Source of the DNA: Mytilus edulis
Taxonomy: Eukaryota
NCBI RefSeq assembly: GCF_963676685.1
Contig: NC_092349.1
Span: 63,326,924-63,390,923, forward strand
Direction: 5' to 3'
DNA: 64,000 bases
Below are positions 48,261 through 61,640 of this stretch, one piece after another (position 1 is the stretch's first letter; every line of letters begins with the position of its first letter). The notes under the pieces are model-generated. The model made no database searches. It was not told the origin of the DNA and was given only the letters and a program-made list of their open reading frames with translations. Position numbers and translations under genes: made by a program.

Positions 48261-50079
48261 AATTTATCTAGTTACAGAGGGTTTTTTCACCATTGGGTAC
48301 CACCATTTAAATTGTGAAAAGTTTTAGTTTAAACATATTTATTTATAGTGGATTGGGAAACAAGTTTTGCAACTTATATTAATCCCTTTCCACTTTGCGG
48401 GTGCAAGTGCTGCCTTGTAGCGGCATTAGCCTACTCTTTTTCGAAATCTACAACGGTGATTTTAACGTGCAAGAGATATGGCTCTCTCCTAACATGGGTC
48501 AGCCATTTATCGTCCCCTTCCGACGAACTATCATCGTTTCCTCAAGACCATACTCGCAGATGGATGGCTGAAAATTGAGTTCCTGAAATTTTCATCCCAA
48601 ACGGGAATCGAAGTTTTAAAGATCTGTTTTAGTATGTGTTTATATACCCAGTCCATATTTTGGTAGAATCAATATTGAAAAGAAGATATATAATTTTTTG
48701 TTGTTACAGTTAATCAGTTATCACATATATATAAGAAAATTCTTGGACAAAAAAATAAGTTGAATGGATTATCAACAATCAATAAACAATGATTTCAAGA
48801 TTTGAACAACAGAAAATTTATCTACTACTTGGTAAAAATTGATAATTGGTAATTTTGATATGAGAGAGTAGGCATTTTTAATATTGATTTGTTCTATTTT
48901 AAATGGTCTTATTATTTAGATTAGACACACAAAGTGCTACCCTTTATAGTACTACATGTATATAGATGGAAACATTTTTACAGCTTATTATACAGTATTA
49001 GTTTTGCTCAATGTTGAAGACTTATGGTAATCTGTTATTTGTTCACTTCTTTGTCTTCTGGTCTTCATGGATTGTTTTCTAGATGGAAACTATACCACAT
49101 CTTTTGGTTTGTTATTCCATAGTTATTGTTAGATATGGTTGTACATAAAGTAGTATATTATTTTATATTATACATTTTATAATCATTTAATAATCAAAGC
49201 AATACAGTATTACCAATGCAATTTATTATGTGTCTGTTATACTGCATTATTTATAACTCTTATATTGATATTAAACATATCTTGGGAAGAGGTTGTGATT
49301 ATTTTACAGTGCCACATTTTTTTTCAGACCTTTATATAAGACATCATTTAGAGTCATGTATCTGCAATTTCAACTTTTAATTGCCTAAATGACAGACATT
49401 TTTGTTTTCAAAATTTACTATCAGAAAAATGTTGTAGAATCTTTTTGTAAATTTTGTTGTTGTTTTTTTAATGTTGATGACACACTATTTTAAATCAGTA
49501 AGAAAATTTACATTATTATTAGATCAAGTACTTCTGATTTGTAACAATTAGATTAATTAGATACAGATTAAATGAATTATAAGTCGTACATACTTTCTGA
49601 CAAACCTGGATGCAAATACCCTTTTTAAGGTGATACCTAACACTACAGGGAGATAACTATGTAAAATCAGCTAAACGTTTTAATTACGTTGTGTTGTTAA
49701 TGGAATATTAAACATCTCAATGATCAAAATTAGTGTTTGTCAAACTGCTATATAACCAGTGTAATTTTCTGATAAATTGGTTGATTCAATTTTTTGGAAA
49801 TTTTTATATTTTTGTCAAAGGGTCAAAGTAAATATTTTGTCAAAATTTTATGAAAATTAAACGAGCCAAATAAATTTTAGTCAAGGTGTTGGGTACCACC
49901 TTAAGGCAGAAATAATCATACAGCGCAAAAAATATTATTTGTGTCAATCTGAATAGTTTCGATAGAGTCAATGAAGTGGATACCTTAGTATGCTAAGTTG
50001 TCAAATGACTATGCGGCATGGGCTATGCTCATTGTTGGAGGCCGTACGGTGACCTATAGTTGTTAATGTCTGTGTCATT

Positions 50080-50835
50080 TTGGTCTCTTGTGGACAGTTG
50101 TCTCATTGGCAATCATACCACATCTTCTTTTTTATAAATTATGCAAATAAATGCAACTCTCAAATACTAAGCAAAATTGACAACAACACTTAAAATTTCC
50201 TGCAAATCACCATCCTTTAAATGTTGAATAATATGAATTATGATTGACAAACATACTTTAACCCATTTGTTTATTAATGTCAACAATCTGTATTTCTCTT
50301 GAAATCCATTGTAATCACCTTCTTGTAAATTTTTACTTTTATTTGTATAAAGATCTATAAAGTAGACACCATACAGGAGTTTCTTAAGCAGCTTAAAATG
50401 GTAACATCAATTTCACAGCCTGCTATGAAGATGTTGTATCTTCACAAATACTTACAGAAAACAATTATGCCATATCTACACAAACAGGAGGGTGCAATTA
50501 GGTGCTACAGAAAAGTGTTACAAATCCCTGCTCTGACTATAAGTTTTTTAAAACAACCTTGACTGGGTATATTTATTGGCTACTGTGGATGTATTGTTAA
50601 TCATGGGTAACCAAATTTTGTTGATTTCGTGGGTATAGGATAACCTCGAATTTAAATATTCAAATAAGAACATATGTTTTCTAGAGGATCGATCATTATT
50701 TGTAAAGAACAAAATCGTAGTTATCTGTCTCGGTTATTTTAATCAAAATCCCTAAAAAGAAAAAAATCAGAAGATGTTGTATGCCTGCCAATGAGACAAC
50801 TATACTCAAGAGACTTAATGATGTACATATAATCA
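50080..50835. mobile_element. About 750-bp element bounded by inverted copies of the 55-bp gatgtggtatgattgccaatgagacaact motif
   Basis: 50085-50135 is the reverse complement of 50775-50830. The same motif also occurs at 29805-29840, 35025-35100, 41918-41975 and 57925-57990. Confidence 0.5.
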
Positions 50836-52766
50836 ACTATTCATCTCCATTTGGCCTTCAACAATGAGCAAATTTCGTACCACATAATAAACTTTGTTTG
50901 GTTTAATATTAATTTATAAGTACAGTCTTTTGGTATGTATTGTGCACATTTGTGTATAATGCACACACCCCTTTATGGCTAAAGAATTAAGAGAAAAAAA
51001 GTCAATTTAGAACCAAAAGGAAAAGATATTTAATTACCTGTATTACTGTGGATTTCCCTTTATTTTTTTCAATGACAGTAAGATAATAGACATTCCGGAA
51101 TAATATATTTGTTTAATCAAATTGTTATTCATAAGAACTTCAGGAAAACTGTTCAAGTTTAAAAGGTGGCCAGCTGAGCAGCAATCCTTAAAAAAAACTT
51201 CATAAAAAATCAAGTGATTGAGCAACAGTTACCCCACCAAACATTCCAGAGGGAGAACTCAGGTGATCCTGAATGTGAAACAGTTTCAGCTCTATACTGA
51301 TGCACCTGTCTTTATACTAATCCCAATTAAATATTTGTTAATAATAATTAGTCATATTTGAGATAAGTATAAGACTTGAGATTAATTAAAATTTAACATT
51401 GAGAACCCTAATGATTGATGATTCCAAAGCTTCATTTAATGCATCAACCATCAATCAACTAGGAACCCCAAGCCCTCGAATATCAACACACCCATAGCCA
51501 GGAGGTTTGGATGACCCTCTAAAATACTATGACAGGCTATTCAAGATAGGACCAGGAACAACTTTGAACATCTGATCTTGAAGTCAATTATCTTAAAAAA
51601 ATCCACGAAGAATAGTGTTACTTAGAGTTACATATCATTACTCAAATTATTCAACATAGAAATGGAAAATTCACAAAGGAAAATAATAGCTTTAACCCCA
51701 TTCTTGTAAATTTTTGTTCTCAACTAACCATCTGTGTCAAGTATGGATAAAAGCACTGGCCATTTATATGTATTTGCTTAGCTAAAAACTAATAATTAAA
51801 GTTGTGAAAACTGTGCAATAAAATAAATCTGGGTTTAAAAAAGTATTTCAAGAAATCTGAAGTGAATTTTGTTTTTATCACTTATATAAACTTATATAAT
51901 TTGTCTGATATACATTATCATATAAGCAGTGAATGCATGGAGCCTCTTGTTCTAATAAATTAAGAATACAAAGTTACTTAGAATCATCACCAATTTAAGA
52001 CAATTTTATCAACCCCTACAAAATCTTAATTTTTAAACAAAATGTTTTAAAGAATTTAGTCCTGGATACTACTGAAATATTGTAAGTAAACTATAAATAG
52101 AATACATTTATTAACAGATGCATTCATGTGTAATATATTTGGGAATATGTTATGGCTTTAAATGTCATTATATAGGACATTGAAGGCAGATCTATGTTTT
52201 CTACAGTTTGACATTAGATTGTGCTGCAGAAGTGTGAAAACAACATGACGTACTATAGCTATAACAGAAGAAAATTGCAGAATTGTGTATTATGATTTCA
52301 TTGATTATAGATATATATAGTTTAAAAGTACCATTAGTTTGCAGGTATGTTACAATTACTGTGTTAATGAAAAACAACTCTACAAAATACATTTTTTTTA
52401 TTACAGTCTTTGATAGTATTACATGTACAAGTTTCACAACATATTTAACATATACTATTTACACTAAAAGGATAAAGGATTAAATGTATTAGGTATGAAA
52501 GGATAGAATGTAGTTGACAGTTCATTTAATATTGTATTTTAGTATTTACTCAAATGCATGAGGGTCTAGCTGTTTGGAGGTTATTCATTTTTTTTGCCAT
52601 ATATTTTCTATATTCTTTCTTTTATCTTCTATAATTATCTTTTATATATTTTTCAAGACATCATTGCAATTATTAACTTGTTATTTTCTCATTAACATGC
52701 TTCATGTGCTTTAATCACAATTGTACTTCATAATTCTATTTCAAGAGACAACATTAAGTAAGAGCG

Positions 52767-52931
52767 ATGGGTACTATAACATGGACGTTTGTAGTTGGTA
52801 CCGTTACCTTGGTGATGACATACATTGGAATAAGGCTGTACAGATATTTGAAATGGCTGAGATATGTCCATAAAACTTTATCCAAATTACCCGGTCCAAA
52901 ACCACACTGGTTATTTGGAAATATTTTCCAG
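52767..52931 (+). CDS. CYP4-like P450 gene C, exon 1 (MGTITWTFVVGTVTLVMTYIGIRLYRYLKWLRYVHKTLSKLPGPKPHWLFGNIFQ)
   Basis: ATG at 52767, donor gtaatt. ORF track 52767..53024. Confidence 0.85.
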
Positions 52932-53366
52932 GTAATTTATAAACAATTCAGGATAATAATATATATATATATATATATCATACATTTTGAAATGTCATCT
53001 CTTAAATTTGTCTTTTGTTATTAAAAAAAAAGGATAATAGCTATAAGTAGTAGCATGTTGCTTTGTAATCATGTAAAAAAATATACTTTTGTTGGCAGGC
53101 AGGAAACCAATATCGTTCATTATAGCGTTCATTATTTTAGGTATATGTCATTTAGGCAGCAAATCAATCAGATAATTTAGGAAAAAGGGGGAGGGGTCAT
53201 GGGTTTTAACCTTCTTTTAAAAACATTTGGATGTGCCCCCGCAATTAAAGCATAGTTATAATTAGAGTAAAATTTTGTTGGTCTCTTCTTGATTCCTTGC
53301 ATTTTGGGTTGAGACACAATTCAATTTATAGAGTCAACTTCATGTTTCATTTTTTGTGTTTTGCAG

Positions 53367-53568
53367 ATAGGAAATTTTAGTGAATTCCATTATAAATGTC
53401 ATGAAGAATTCATTGTGCAGAAAAAAGTGAAGATATATGTGTTTTGGTTGTCAACATTCTTTCCAACTGTGATGCTGGCACATCCAGATACCATCAAAGA
53501 AGTCATGAGGTCTAATTCACCAAAGCCTACGGTAGGACCAGGGTATCCATTCCTTGTACCATGGCTAG
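53367..53568 (+). CDS. CYP4-like gene C, exon 2 (IGNFSEFHYKCHEEFIVQKKVKIYVFWLSTFFPTVMLAHPDTIKEVMRSNSPKPTVGPGYPFLVPWLG)
   Basis: Acceptor ttttgcag, donor g|gtataa (weak). 202 nt. Confidence 0.8.
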
Positions 53569-54904
53569 GTATAAAAATATTTCAGATCCTTTCAATAGTA
53601 TTGTTTTTTCAAGTGTTCTGTACAGGTGGATTCATTATTTTTCGTGGGTTACCATTTTTTGTGGATTTTATGGGTATTGATAAACCACAAAGGAGTAGGT
53701 CTGGTAAGGGCCGATTTTGGCCTAAAATTTCAGGTTTATTTAACGAATGTTTTTGGACACTTTTTAAACACTTAAGTGTCTATTTCAATTGATTCGATTA
53801 GTTTATGTGAAAGATTTTTACTGATTTAGTCATAAAAAACGCTCTGATTCAAGCTTAAATATGAAAAATCTATCAAATATGCAAAAAAACGTCACTTTTC
53901 AGATGGTTTTTGTTAAAAATGAAAGTGGCCGCATCCTTGTTCATCCTCAACCTTTATATATGTTTTGTATTATCATCAAATACTTACATTTCAATATTAT
54001 GAATGAACACGAATGCGGCCAATTTCATTTTTACACCGTCTAAAAATTAACCTAAATGCTAAAAGTTTGAAGAGTTCAGTAATTTAGCATGACTTAATGA
54101 TGCTAGAACGCGATATCTGTGCATTGTATTGTCAAAAAAACAGCTCATATTTATGAAGCAGAAGCATTTTACTTTCCAAAATATAGCTTAAAGATAACAT
54201 TTTCACAATTTTCTAAAACTGCCATATTTTGGGGCCAAAAAGGGGTCTTACTGAACCTACTCCTTTTCATGTTTTTAACAAATCACGAACTTTCTATTGG
54301 TTTGAATCCAGACTTTCACTTACCGCTATATCAAATATCATTGTTAGGAAAATACTTTTTTTAGTATCAGCTAAAATAAATGAATCTACAGTACCTTAAG
54401 GGAAAAAGGTGATATGGGGTGACAAACTTAATGAGATCGATGGAAAGAGGCTCTGGACAGGGAATTTTGAATATTTTTATTTTTTAATTTCTTTACATTT
54501 TTTGTTCTACTAAACATGCTTTCAAATATGTTTTGCCTATTTTGGCGTTAATATTGATTCACTTATAGGGTCTTTGCATCGGAACTAAACACATTTATTA
54601 AAAAACCAGTTGTTGGCATGACACGGGTTATGTTCTTCTCATATATGTTATGATGGTATGATACTAAACCCCTAACGGGAAGGATTGTGCCTGATATTCA
54701 TATGATGAAATCATAATCTTTCAATCAGTTTAATTGAAGTCTGGAGCTGGCATGTCAGTTAACTGCTAGTAGTCTGTTGTTATTTATGTATTATTGTCAT
54801 TTTGTTTATTTTCTTTGGTTACATCTTCTGACATCAGACTCAGACTTCTCTTGAATTGAATTTTAAATGTGCGTATTGTTATGCATTTACTTTTCTACAT
54901 TGGC

Positions 54905-55215
54905 TAGAGGTATAGGGGGAGGGTTGAGATCTCATAAACATGTTTAACCCCGCCGCATTTTTGTGCCTGTCCCAAGTCAGGAGCCTCTGGCCTTTGTTAG
55001 TCTTGTATTTTTTTAATTTTAGCTTCTTGTGTACAATTTGGAAATTAGTATGGCGTTCATTATCACTGAACTAGTATATATTTGTTTAGGGGCCAGCTGA
55101 AGGACGCCTCCGGGTGCGGGAATGTCTCGCTACATTGAAGACCTGTTAGTGACCTTCTGCTGTTGTTCTTTGTATGGTCGGGTTGTTGTCTCTTTGACAC
55201 ATTCCCCATTTCCAT
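54905..55215 (+). repeat. Interspersed repeat family R-A, full copy (about 320 bp)
   Basis: Nearly identical to 61305-61640. Starts gaggtatagggggagggttgagatctcataaacatg. Confidence 0.85.
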
Positions 55216-55627
55216 TCTCAATTTTATTTGGTCTTTTCAATTGAATATTCTTTATAATTTGGCATCTAATAATTTTTATTCGATATTCTCGGCCAAATTT
55301 TTCTCTATATCTTCAATTTTTCACCCATTGTTCTTGATTCTAAAAACCCCATATAGACCCCCATCTAACAATACAACATGTACAATTTTATGTAAAAATG
55401 ATAAAGTTTGATTATTATGAAATTCTTTTAATGTGTTCATTTCAGGGGGAGATAATTTAAGGAAATGTGAATCAGTTTTATTTTTTAATAGTATTTTGCA
55501 ATATATCAAGAAAACAAGAGCTGGTACCTCCATTTTTATTTTATTTTCTAAAATAAATTAGTTTCATAAAATAATATTAATACCTTAGCTATATTAAATA
55601 CATTTTTGTTTATGATTGTCTTGCATT

Positions 55628-55750
55628 AAAAACATATTTAATTATCTCCCCCTGAATTAAACATATTAGTTATCTCCCCCTGAATTAAACATATTAAATT
55701 ATCTCCCCCTGAATTAAACATATTAATTATCTCCCCCTGAATTAAACATA
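55628..55750 (+). repeat. 33-bp tandem repeat x4 (ttaattatctccccctgaattaaacata)
   Basis: Four direct copies, lying in intron 2 of gene C. Confidence 0.85.
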
Positions 55751-55940
55751 TTAATTTAAATGATACATTCTTAGGTTAAATCAAAGATACTTGTGTCTAT
55801 ATAAATAAAGCAATACATGTACTTGTTCATTCCTTAAGTTTAGTATAGAAATATTGAATTTCTAAGATTATATAATTGAATTCTTTGTAACACATCAAAA
55901 TTTGACATATCTTACGAAATGTAAAAGATATTGACAAATA

Positions 55941-56396
55941 TAGAATGAAATTCAAAACAGTGTAGCTGTGGCCATTGGTTGACACATTAAAATCATCCAT
56001 TGACTGGGACAATTTAGGTGAACGTTTGTATGTAACGACCAATGCTCACTATGTACTTTTTAAAGACATTTAAACTATGGGGTCACCAAAGGTTCTCAAC
56101 ACCTAAATAAAGTAATTCGAAAAATTAATCAGAAATAACACGATATTTTGATTTATATCAATTATATAAATCAAAACACAAAGGTTATTCCTGATTAATT
56201 TTTCGAATTATTTTATAATTAAAGGCGTTAAGAAACCTTTGGTGACCCCACAGTTTAAATGTCTATCGTAGGTACGTCGTGAACAGTGGTCGTTACAGAC
56301 AAACGTTCACGTAAATTGTCCCAGTCAATGGATGATTTTAATGTGTCAATCAATGGCCACAGCTACACTGTTTTAAATTTCATTCTACTTCAGATT
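55941..56396. repeat. 456-bp foldback hairpin with about 225-bp arms at about 90 percent identity, in intron 2 of gene C
   Basis: tagaatgaaattcaaaacagtgtagctgtggccattggttgacacat… | centre near 56165 | …atgtgtcaatcaatggccacagctacactgttttaaatttcattcta. Confidence 0.85.
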
Positions 56397-56871
56397 TATA
56401 TTATTTTGTAAAATGAAAGAATAGACTGGCATTGCAAATTTCAATAGAAATACTGGAGTGAAATTTTTACTAATAGTTTTGACATTGCAACAGGGAACAA
56501 TGATTGTGTTGAGCAAAGACAATTTATGAAACTATCAGGACTTTCTTTATCTAATGTTCATTTTAACAGAAAACTTAAGATTGACAGAATTCCTCGAGAA
56601 GCATTTATATCAGATATATAAAACTGAAATTGGAAATGGGGAATGTGTCAAAGAGACAACTACTGACCAAAAAGTAGAAAATCCAGCATGGGGAGGCAAG
56701 CTTCAGCTTCAGAAAACATTCTTTTAAGAAAATGCATAAAGTATAAAGATAAATCTATTCTATTATCTTCATTGCTGCATTATTATCAGAGTAAAATGAA
56801 AAATTTGTACATTTCTTCTTTCATTTAGTCCTACAGATTGTTTTCATTTTTCATTCCTATTCATTTTATAG

Positions 56872-56999
56872 GTCAAAGTCTTCTATTATCAAATGGAGCT
56901 AAATGGGAGAGAAATCGTCGATTGTTGACGCCAGCATTCCACTTCAGTATATTGACAGGGTATTTTAAGATTTACAACGAAGTCACAGATGTATTAATG
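56872..56999 (+). CDS. CYP4-like gene C, exon 3 ([43 protein letters not shown])
   Basis: Acceptor ttttatag, donor gtgagt. 128 nt. Confidence 0.85.
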
Positions 57000-57034
57000 G
57001 TGAGTAAAACATGAATGACTTTCTTCAATACTGT

Positions 57035-57215
57035 GGATTCATTATTATTTGTTGGATACCAATTTTTCGTGGGTTTCGTAGATACAGGTGAACCACAAAA
57101 TCAACTGTTCAATACAACTGTTTTAATAGGCTTTGTATACAGATATTGTCAAAACCACGAAATCAAGTTTTCAGCAATCTACGAAAATTAATACCCTAGA
57201 AAATAAATGAATTCC
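57035..57215 (+). mobile_element. MITE (CTGTGGATTCATT TIR family) copy immediately 3' of gene C exon 3
   Basis: ctgtggattcattattatttgttggataccaatt…aaataaatgaattcccagtat. Confidence 0.75.
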
Positions 57216-57708
57216 CAGTATTCCATTATTAAATAGAATTAATGATTTAACCAATAAAAATAAAAAAAAGATGTGGTATAATTTTCCACATAGTCATTTA
57301 TAAAAGGCCCTATTTAATGAAAAATATAAAACAATTCAAGTAAGATAACTAACAGCCTAATTGATGCAAACATAATGTCTAGTAAATGAATGATAAGCTT
57401 TTTAATAAAAGTAGTTTCAATTGAATCTCTGATACGATATAGGAGTTTAAGTAAAGATTTGAGGAATTTTAGAAAATATTACTGTTGAGAAATAAACATA
57501 GGAGAAGCTGTTCCTATCTAGTTTTATCATGTTGATAAAGTAGTACATTTGTTAAATATAAGAAGATTTTCAAGGTACTATTATTATGCTTATTCAAATC
57601 AAACATGCTGAAGTATACAATCGAAAAACAAAAAAAAAACAAATATAAAATCCTTACTGATTTGATCACATAGCTTCCACATAATTCTTTTGAACACATT
57701 TATTTTAG

Positions 57709-57833
57709 GATAAATTGTCAACTATGTGTGAAAAGAGAAAATACATAGATATATTCAAACCAGCTAGCATGGCTACATTAGACACTCTACTTCAGTGTGC
57801 CTTGGGATATAAGGGAGATGTACAACAAGTTGG
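57709..57833 (+). CDS. CYP4-like gene C, exon 4 (DKLSTMCEKRKYIDIFKPASMATLDTLLQCALGYKGDVQQVG)
   Basis: Acceptor tattttag, donor gtatgt. 125 nt. Confidence 0.85.
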
Positions 57834-58347
57834 GTATGTAAAATATTTTGTTAATAATTCTATAAAATTGTAGTACGTATATGATATTACTTTTCATCTT
57901 CAATTGATCAAAAATTGATAGAAAAAAAATATTCTTGTACAAAAGATATAGGAAGATGGGTTATGAGTGCCAATGTGACAACTCTCCATCAAAGTCTCAA
58001 TTTTTAAAAGTAAACTATATAGCTATTATATGTCAAAGTACGGTCTTCAACATGGAGCCTAGGCTCATACTGAACAACAAGCTATATAGTGCCCCAAAAA
58101 TCATTTTAAACGATTCAAATAGGAAAACTACGGAAGCGTATTAGGGACATAGTAAAAATAAAATTGACAGTGAACTTTTTTTTCAAAGTCGATAGCCGTA
58201 GAAAAGGAGTCTAAAAACGAGAAACAAGAAACACTTGTGTTTTAAATACACTAATAAACAACAATCACTGAACAACAGGCTTCTGACTTATGACAAGTGC
58301 ATAAAAAGTTAGCAGGTTTAACGTAATAGTTGCTTCCTTATTTACAG

Positions 58348-58410
58348 AGAACACCATCCATATGTAATAGCAGTGAATCGACTTGGTTTTCACATTCAGG
58401 AAAGATGTTT
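58348..58410 (+). CDS. CYP4-like gene C, exon 5 (EHHPYVIAVNRLGFHIQERC)
   Basis: Acceptor tttacag, donor gtgagt. 63 nt. Confidence 0.8.
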
Positions 58411-59155
58411 GTGAGTATTATCAATTAATATAACTATACAAAATTCTTTGGAAGATGTTGTCTTTTTTCTTTCTGAAAATAAAGGGCAATATTTTATAAT
58501 TTAATATTTCTATCAAGAAATTAAGATTGAAACAATAAAATAAAAAAATTAATTCAATGGAATCCAATTGTAATGAATATTTCATTGAGAATTTTTAAAT
58601 TCTTTGATTTACCATTAAAAACCTTGTATTAGACTTTGTGGTTTTGATTAACTGTCGTGAGTACAGATTGGGGAGGGGGTTCTTCACTCCTGTACTCCAT
58701 CAACATACCAAAATTGAATGAAAACAATGAATAAAAGAACTTTCATTTCTAGAGACTTCGTTTTCTTTTAGGGCAAAGATATATAAAACAGTTTTTATGC
58801 CCCATTGATGGGCATTATGTTTTCTGGTCTGTGTGTCCGTCTGTTTGTTTGTTCGTTAGTCCATCTGTTGGTCCGTTCGTCCTGCTTCAGGTTTTTAATC
58901 GAGGTAGGTTAAAGTTTTTGGTCAAGGTAGTTTTTGATGAAGTGGAAGTCTAATCAACTTGAAACTTAGTATACATGTTCCCTATGATATGATCTTTCTA
59001 ATTTTAATGCCAAATTAGAGATTCTACCCCATTTTCACGGTCCACTGAACATAGAAAATGATAGTGTGGATGGGGCATTCGTGTACGGTACTTAGGACCA
59101 ATCTTTTTGCATATCTATTATGTACATGTTTAACTTTAATGAATATTTTGGTTAG

Positions 59156-59282
59156 ATATATTCACCACTACCCAGAGTTCATATACAGATACCTTACAGC
59201 CAATGGCAGAGAATTCTTCAAACTTTGTGATTATGTTCATAAATTCTCAAAAGATATCATCTCTACAAGAAGAAAAGAACTG
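59156..59282 (+). CDS. CYP4-like gene C, exon 6 (YIHHYPEFIYRYLTANGREFFKLCDYVHKFSKDIISTRRKEL)
   Basis: ORF track 59058..59315. Acceptor tggttag, donor gtaggt. 127 nt. Confidence 0.85.
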
Positions 59283-59639
59283 GTAGGTACTCTCATTGGG
59301 GTATTTGGAGGATAAATGTTAATACAAAATCAAATGTTTAACGATGAATATTTTTTAAAGGTTTGTTCATGCAGGCTTTGGCAGAACCATGAACACAAAT
59401 ATCAACACTATAAAAAAATTCCTAAATCAAAGAAAATTGATGAAAATAAATAAATCCACAGTATACATAGTTAAAAAAAAACATTTCTTTTAAATTTCAA
59501 AATTAGCAAAGCTAGGGTTTATTTGTCTATTACAATTTCTACATGATTTAATAAAGAAAAACATTTTTTTTTGGCAGGGGAGATAATTGAAACTATTAGA
59601 TACTAAATAAAAGTATGATGTTATATTATAAGTTATATG

Positions 59640-59900
59640 GTTCGCTACTGACCCCATACGGATCCATAGAGGGTGAGGCCGGAGGATCCGTAGGGGGTCA
59701 GTAGTTAACCGTATAACGAATTTATCGGACGCTGGACTTTTTCTGCGGCGTTTTGTTGAAAAATAAACAATGAAACACAACAACATTAATAGATGACGTC
59801 GCCATTAACGCGTCATGAACCCCATATGAAACTTACTAACCCCATACGGTCTCATAGGGGGTCACCACGTGACGGCATTTAACCAATCACAACGTAATAA
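59640..59900. other. GC-rich island with an 18-bp perfect hairpin and clustered CRE, E-box and CCAAT motifs, in intron 6 of gene C
   Basis: ctgaccccatacggatcc…ggatccgtagggggtcag. tgacgtc at about 59796, cacgtg at about 59865 and ccaat at about 59882. Confidence 0.5.
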
Positions 59901-60142
59901 TTCATCTGTGGTCTGATAAAATGCAATATTTTCTTTTGTCTTGATTTGACAGAACCTTATCATTGTATGTTTGATCAATTTGCATAGAAACTATTTTGAC
60001 CTATTTTTTACTATGATTATCAACCTATGATAGATTTAAGATGAAAATCTAATATATTTTATAAATGATCATCTAAGAAAGCAAATTTAATGTATACTCA
60101 AACTGAAGATATGAATTCATGCAATTCTACTCTTCTTTTTAG

Positions 60143-60275
60143 ATTGAAAATAAAGAAACAGAGAAGAAGAAACACTTGGATTTCCTGGATATATTAATAA
60201 CAGCCAAAGATGACAATGGTGTCGGACTGACGGATGATGAAATCAGGGCAGAAGTCGATACCTTCCTTTTTGCTG
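60143..60275 (+). CDS. CYP4-like gene C, exon 7 ([45 protein letters not shown])
   Basis: Acceptor ctttttag, donor gtaatt. 133 nt. Confidence 0.85.
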
Positions 60276-60912
60276 GTAATTTTTTAACAAAAAAGTTCAA
60301 CTTATATTGAATTTAGTATTGCCGGTAACCACCAATTGTTTGCCTGTTGTATATATGTAAATTAATATTCCCATATGCTGCCATTCTGTGTGATCTACCT
60401 AAAGTTTTAAGTTGAAGAAAACTTAACTTTTGATAGATTTGTGATTGTCATTTCTATTCTTCTCAACGATTATTTCTGATTGAATATGATTACTAGTAGC
60501 TAAGATATGTCTTCCATTTCATGTTGAGTCATGTGCAAGGAAAAGAGTTTGCCAGTATATCTTATGTAATAAAATTAAAAAAACTAAAGTAAAGAGAAAC
60601 TGTTCACTATGCCATTAACAAATATGATTTAAAGGAGAAGCGGGGTATACATTAATGATACAGAAACCCAACCAAAAAAATAACCGAAAGACATCTGAAG
60701 GGCAACAAAGTCTTCAACAACAAACAGATGTCTTAACAATATCATAGTCAACCTCAAAATCGTCCAGAGTCGATAAAACTTGTGATTTATTTTTAAGCAT
60801 TTAATTATTTCTTTGTGTTTGATATCTAGATCCTTATAGAAGTAGAAGTTATAAAACTCAGATCTTAACTATATTTTGCATACCGCTTTATATGGAAGAG
60901 TTTATGTTCTAG

Positions 60913-61036
60913 GTCATGACACAACATCTTGTGTGCTTAGTTGGAGTATGTATTGTTTGGGTAAATTCAAAGCTATCCAGGACAAAGTTTATCAGGAAAT
61001 TAAACAGGTCATTGGCAGCAAAAATACTGTTGACAG
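60913..61036 (+). CDS. CYP4-like gene C, exon 8 (GHDTTSCVLSWSMYCLGKFKAIQDKVYQEIKQVIGSKNTVD)
   Basis: Acceptor tgttctag, donor gtaaaa. 124 nt. Confidence 0.85.
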
Positions 61037-61304
61037 GTAAAATTATATTTTATTTTAGTTCTCTTTCTATAAAGTTGCATAAAAATACCTGTACCTTTGA
61101 TTACAAAGCATGTCATTTTGTTCACAATTTGTAGCTTGAAAACAAGTTTTACATGGTGACTGAATTTATTTTTTTTATAATTTATTAGATATAGTATTAG
61201 AAAATTACATTTTTGCAAATGAATATAAAATTATGTCATCATATAGTTATACACCTACTGTGGATTATTTATTTTTGAGCGTACCATTTTTCGTTGATTG
61301 AGGA

Positions 61305-61640
61305 AGACTATAGCTAGAGGTATAGGGGGAGGGTTGAGATCTCATAAACATGTTTAACCCCGCCGCAATTTTGCGCCTGTCCCAAGTCAGGAGCCTCTGG
61401 CCTTTGTTAGTCTTGTATGATTTTAAATTTTAGTTTCTTGTGTATAATTCGGAGTTTAGTATGACGTCCATTATCACTGTACTATTATGCATATTTTAGG
61501 GGCCAGCTGAAGGACACCTACGGGTGCGGGAATTCTCGCTACATTGAAGACCCATTGGTTGCCTTCGGCTGTTGTTTGCTCTATGGTCGGGTGGTTGTCG
61601 CTTTGACATATTCACCATTTCCTTTCTCGATTTTATTGTA
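61305..61640 (+). repeat. Interspersed repeat family R-A, full copy
   Basis: Same element as 54905-55215, lying in intron 8 of gene C. Confidence 0.85.

Noticed and set aside
48348-48578. 76-aa ORF in a slightly GC-richer patch (MDWETSFATYINPFPLCGCKCC…)
   Set aside because: No recognisable domain, no splice context, and it lies immediately after a copy of the composite repeat. Probably a repeat tail or spurious ORF.
55628-55750. Short direct repeats with regular spacing, a CRISPR-like look
   Set aside because: This is eukaryotic intronic DNA. The units are contiguous with no unique spacers and there are no cas genes. It is a simple minisatellite.
59490-59786. 98-aa minus-strand ORF overlapping the GC-rich island
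   Set aside because: Low-complexity translation with no family resemblance. The region is better explained as a hairpin-bearing non-coding element.
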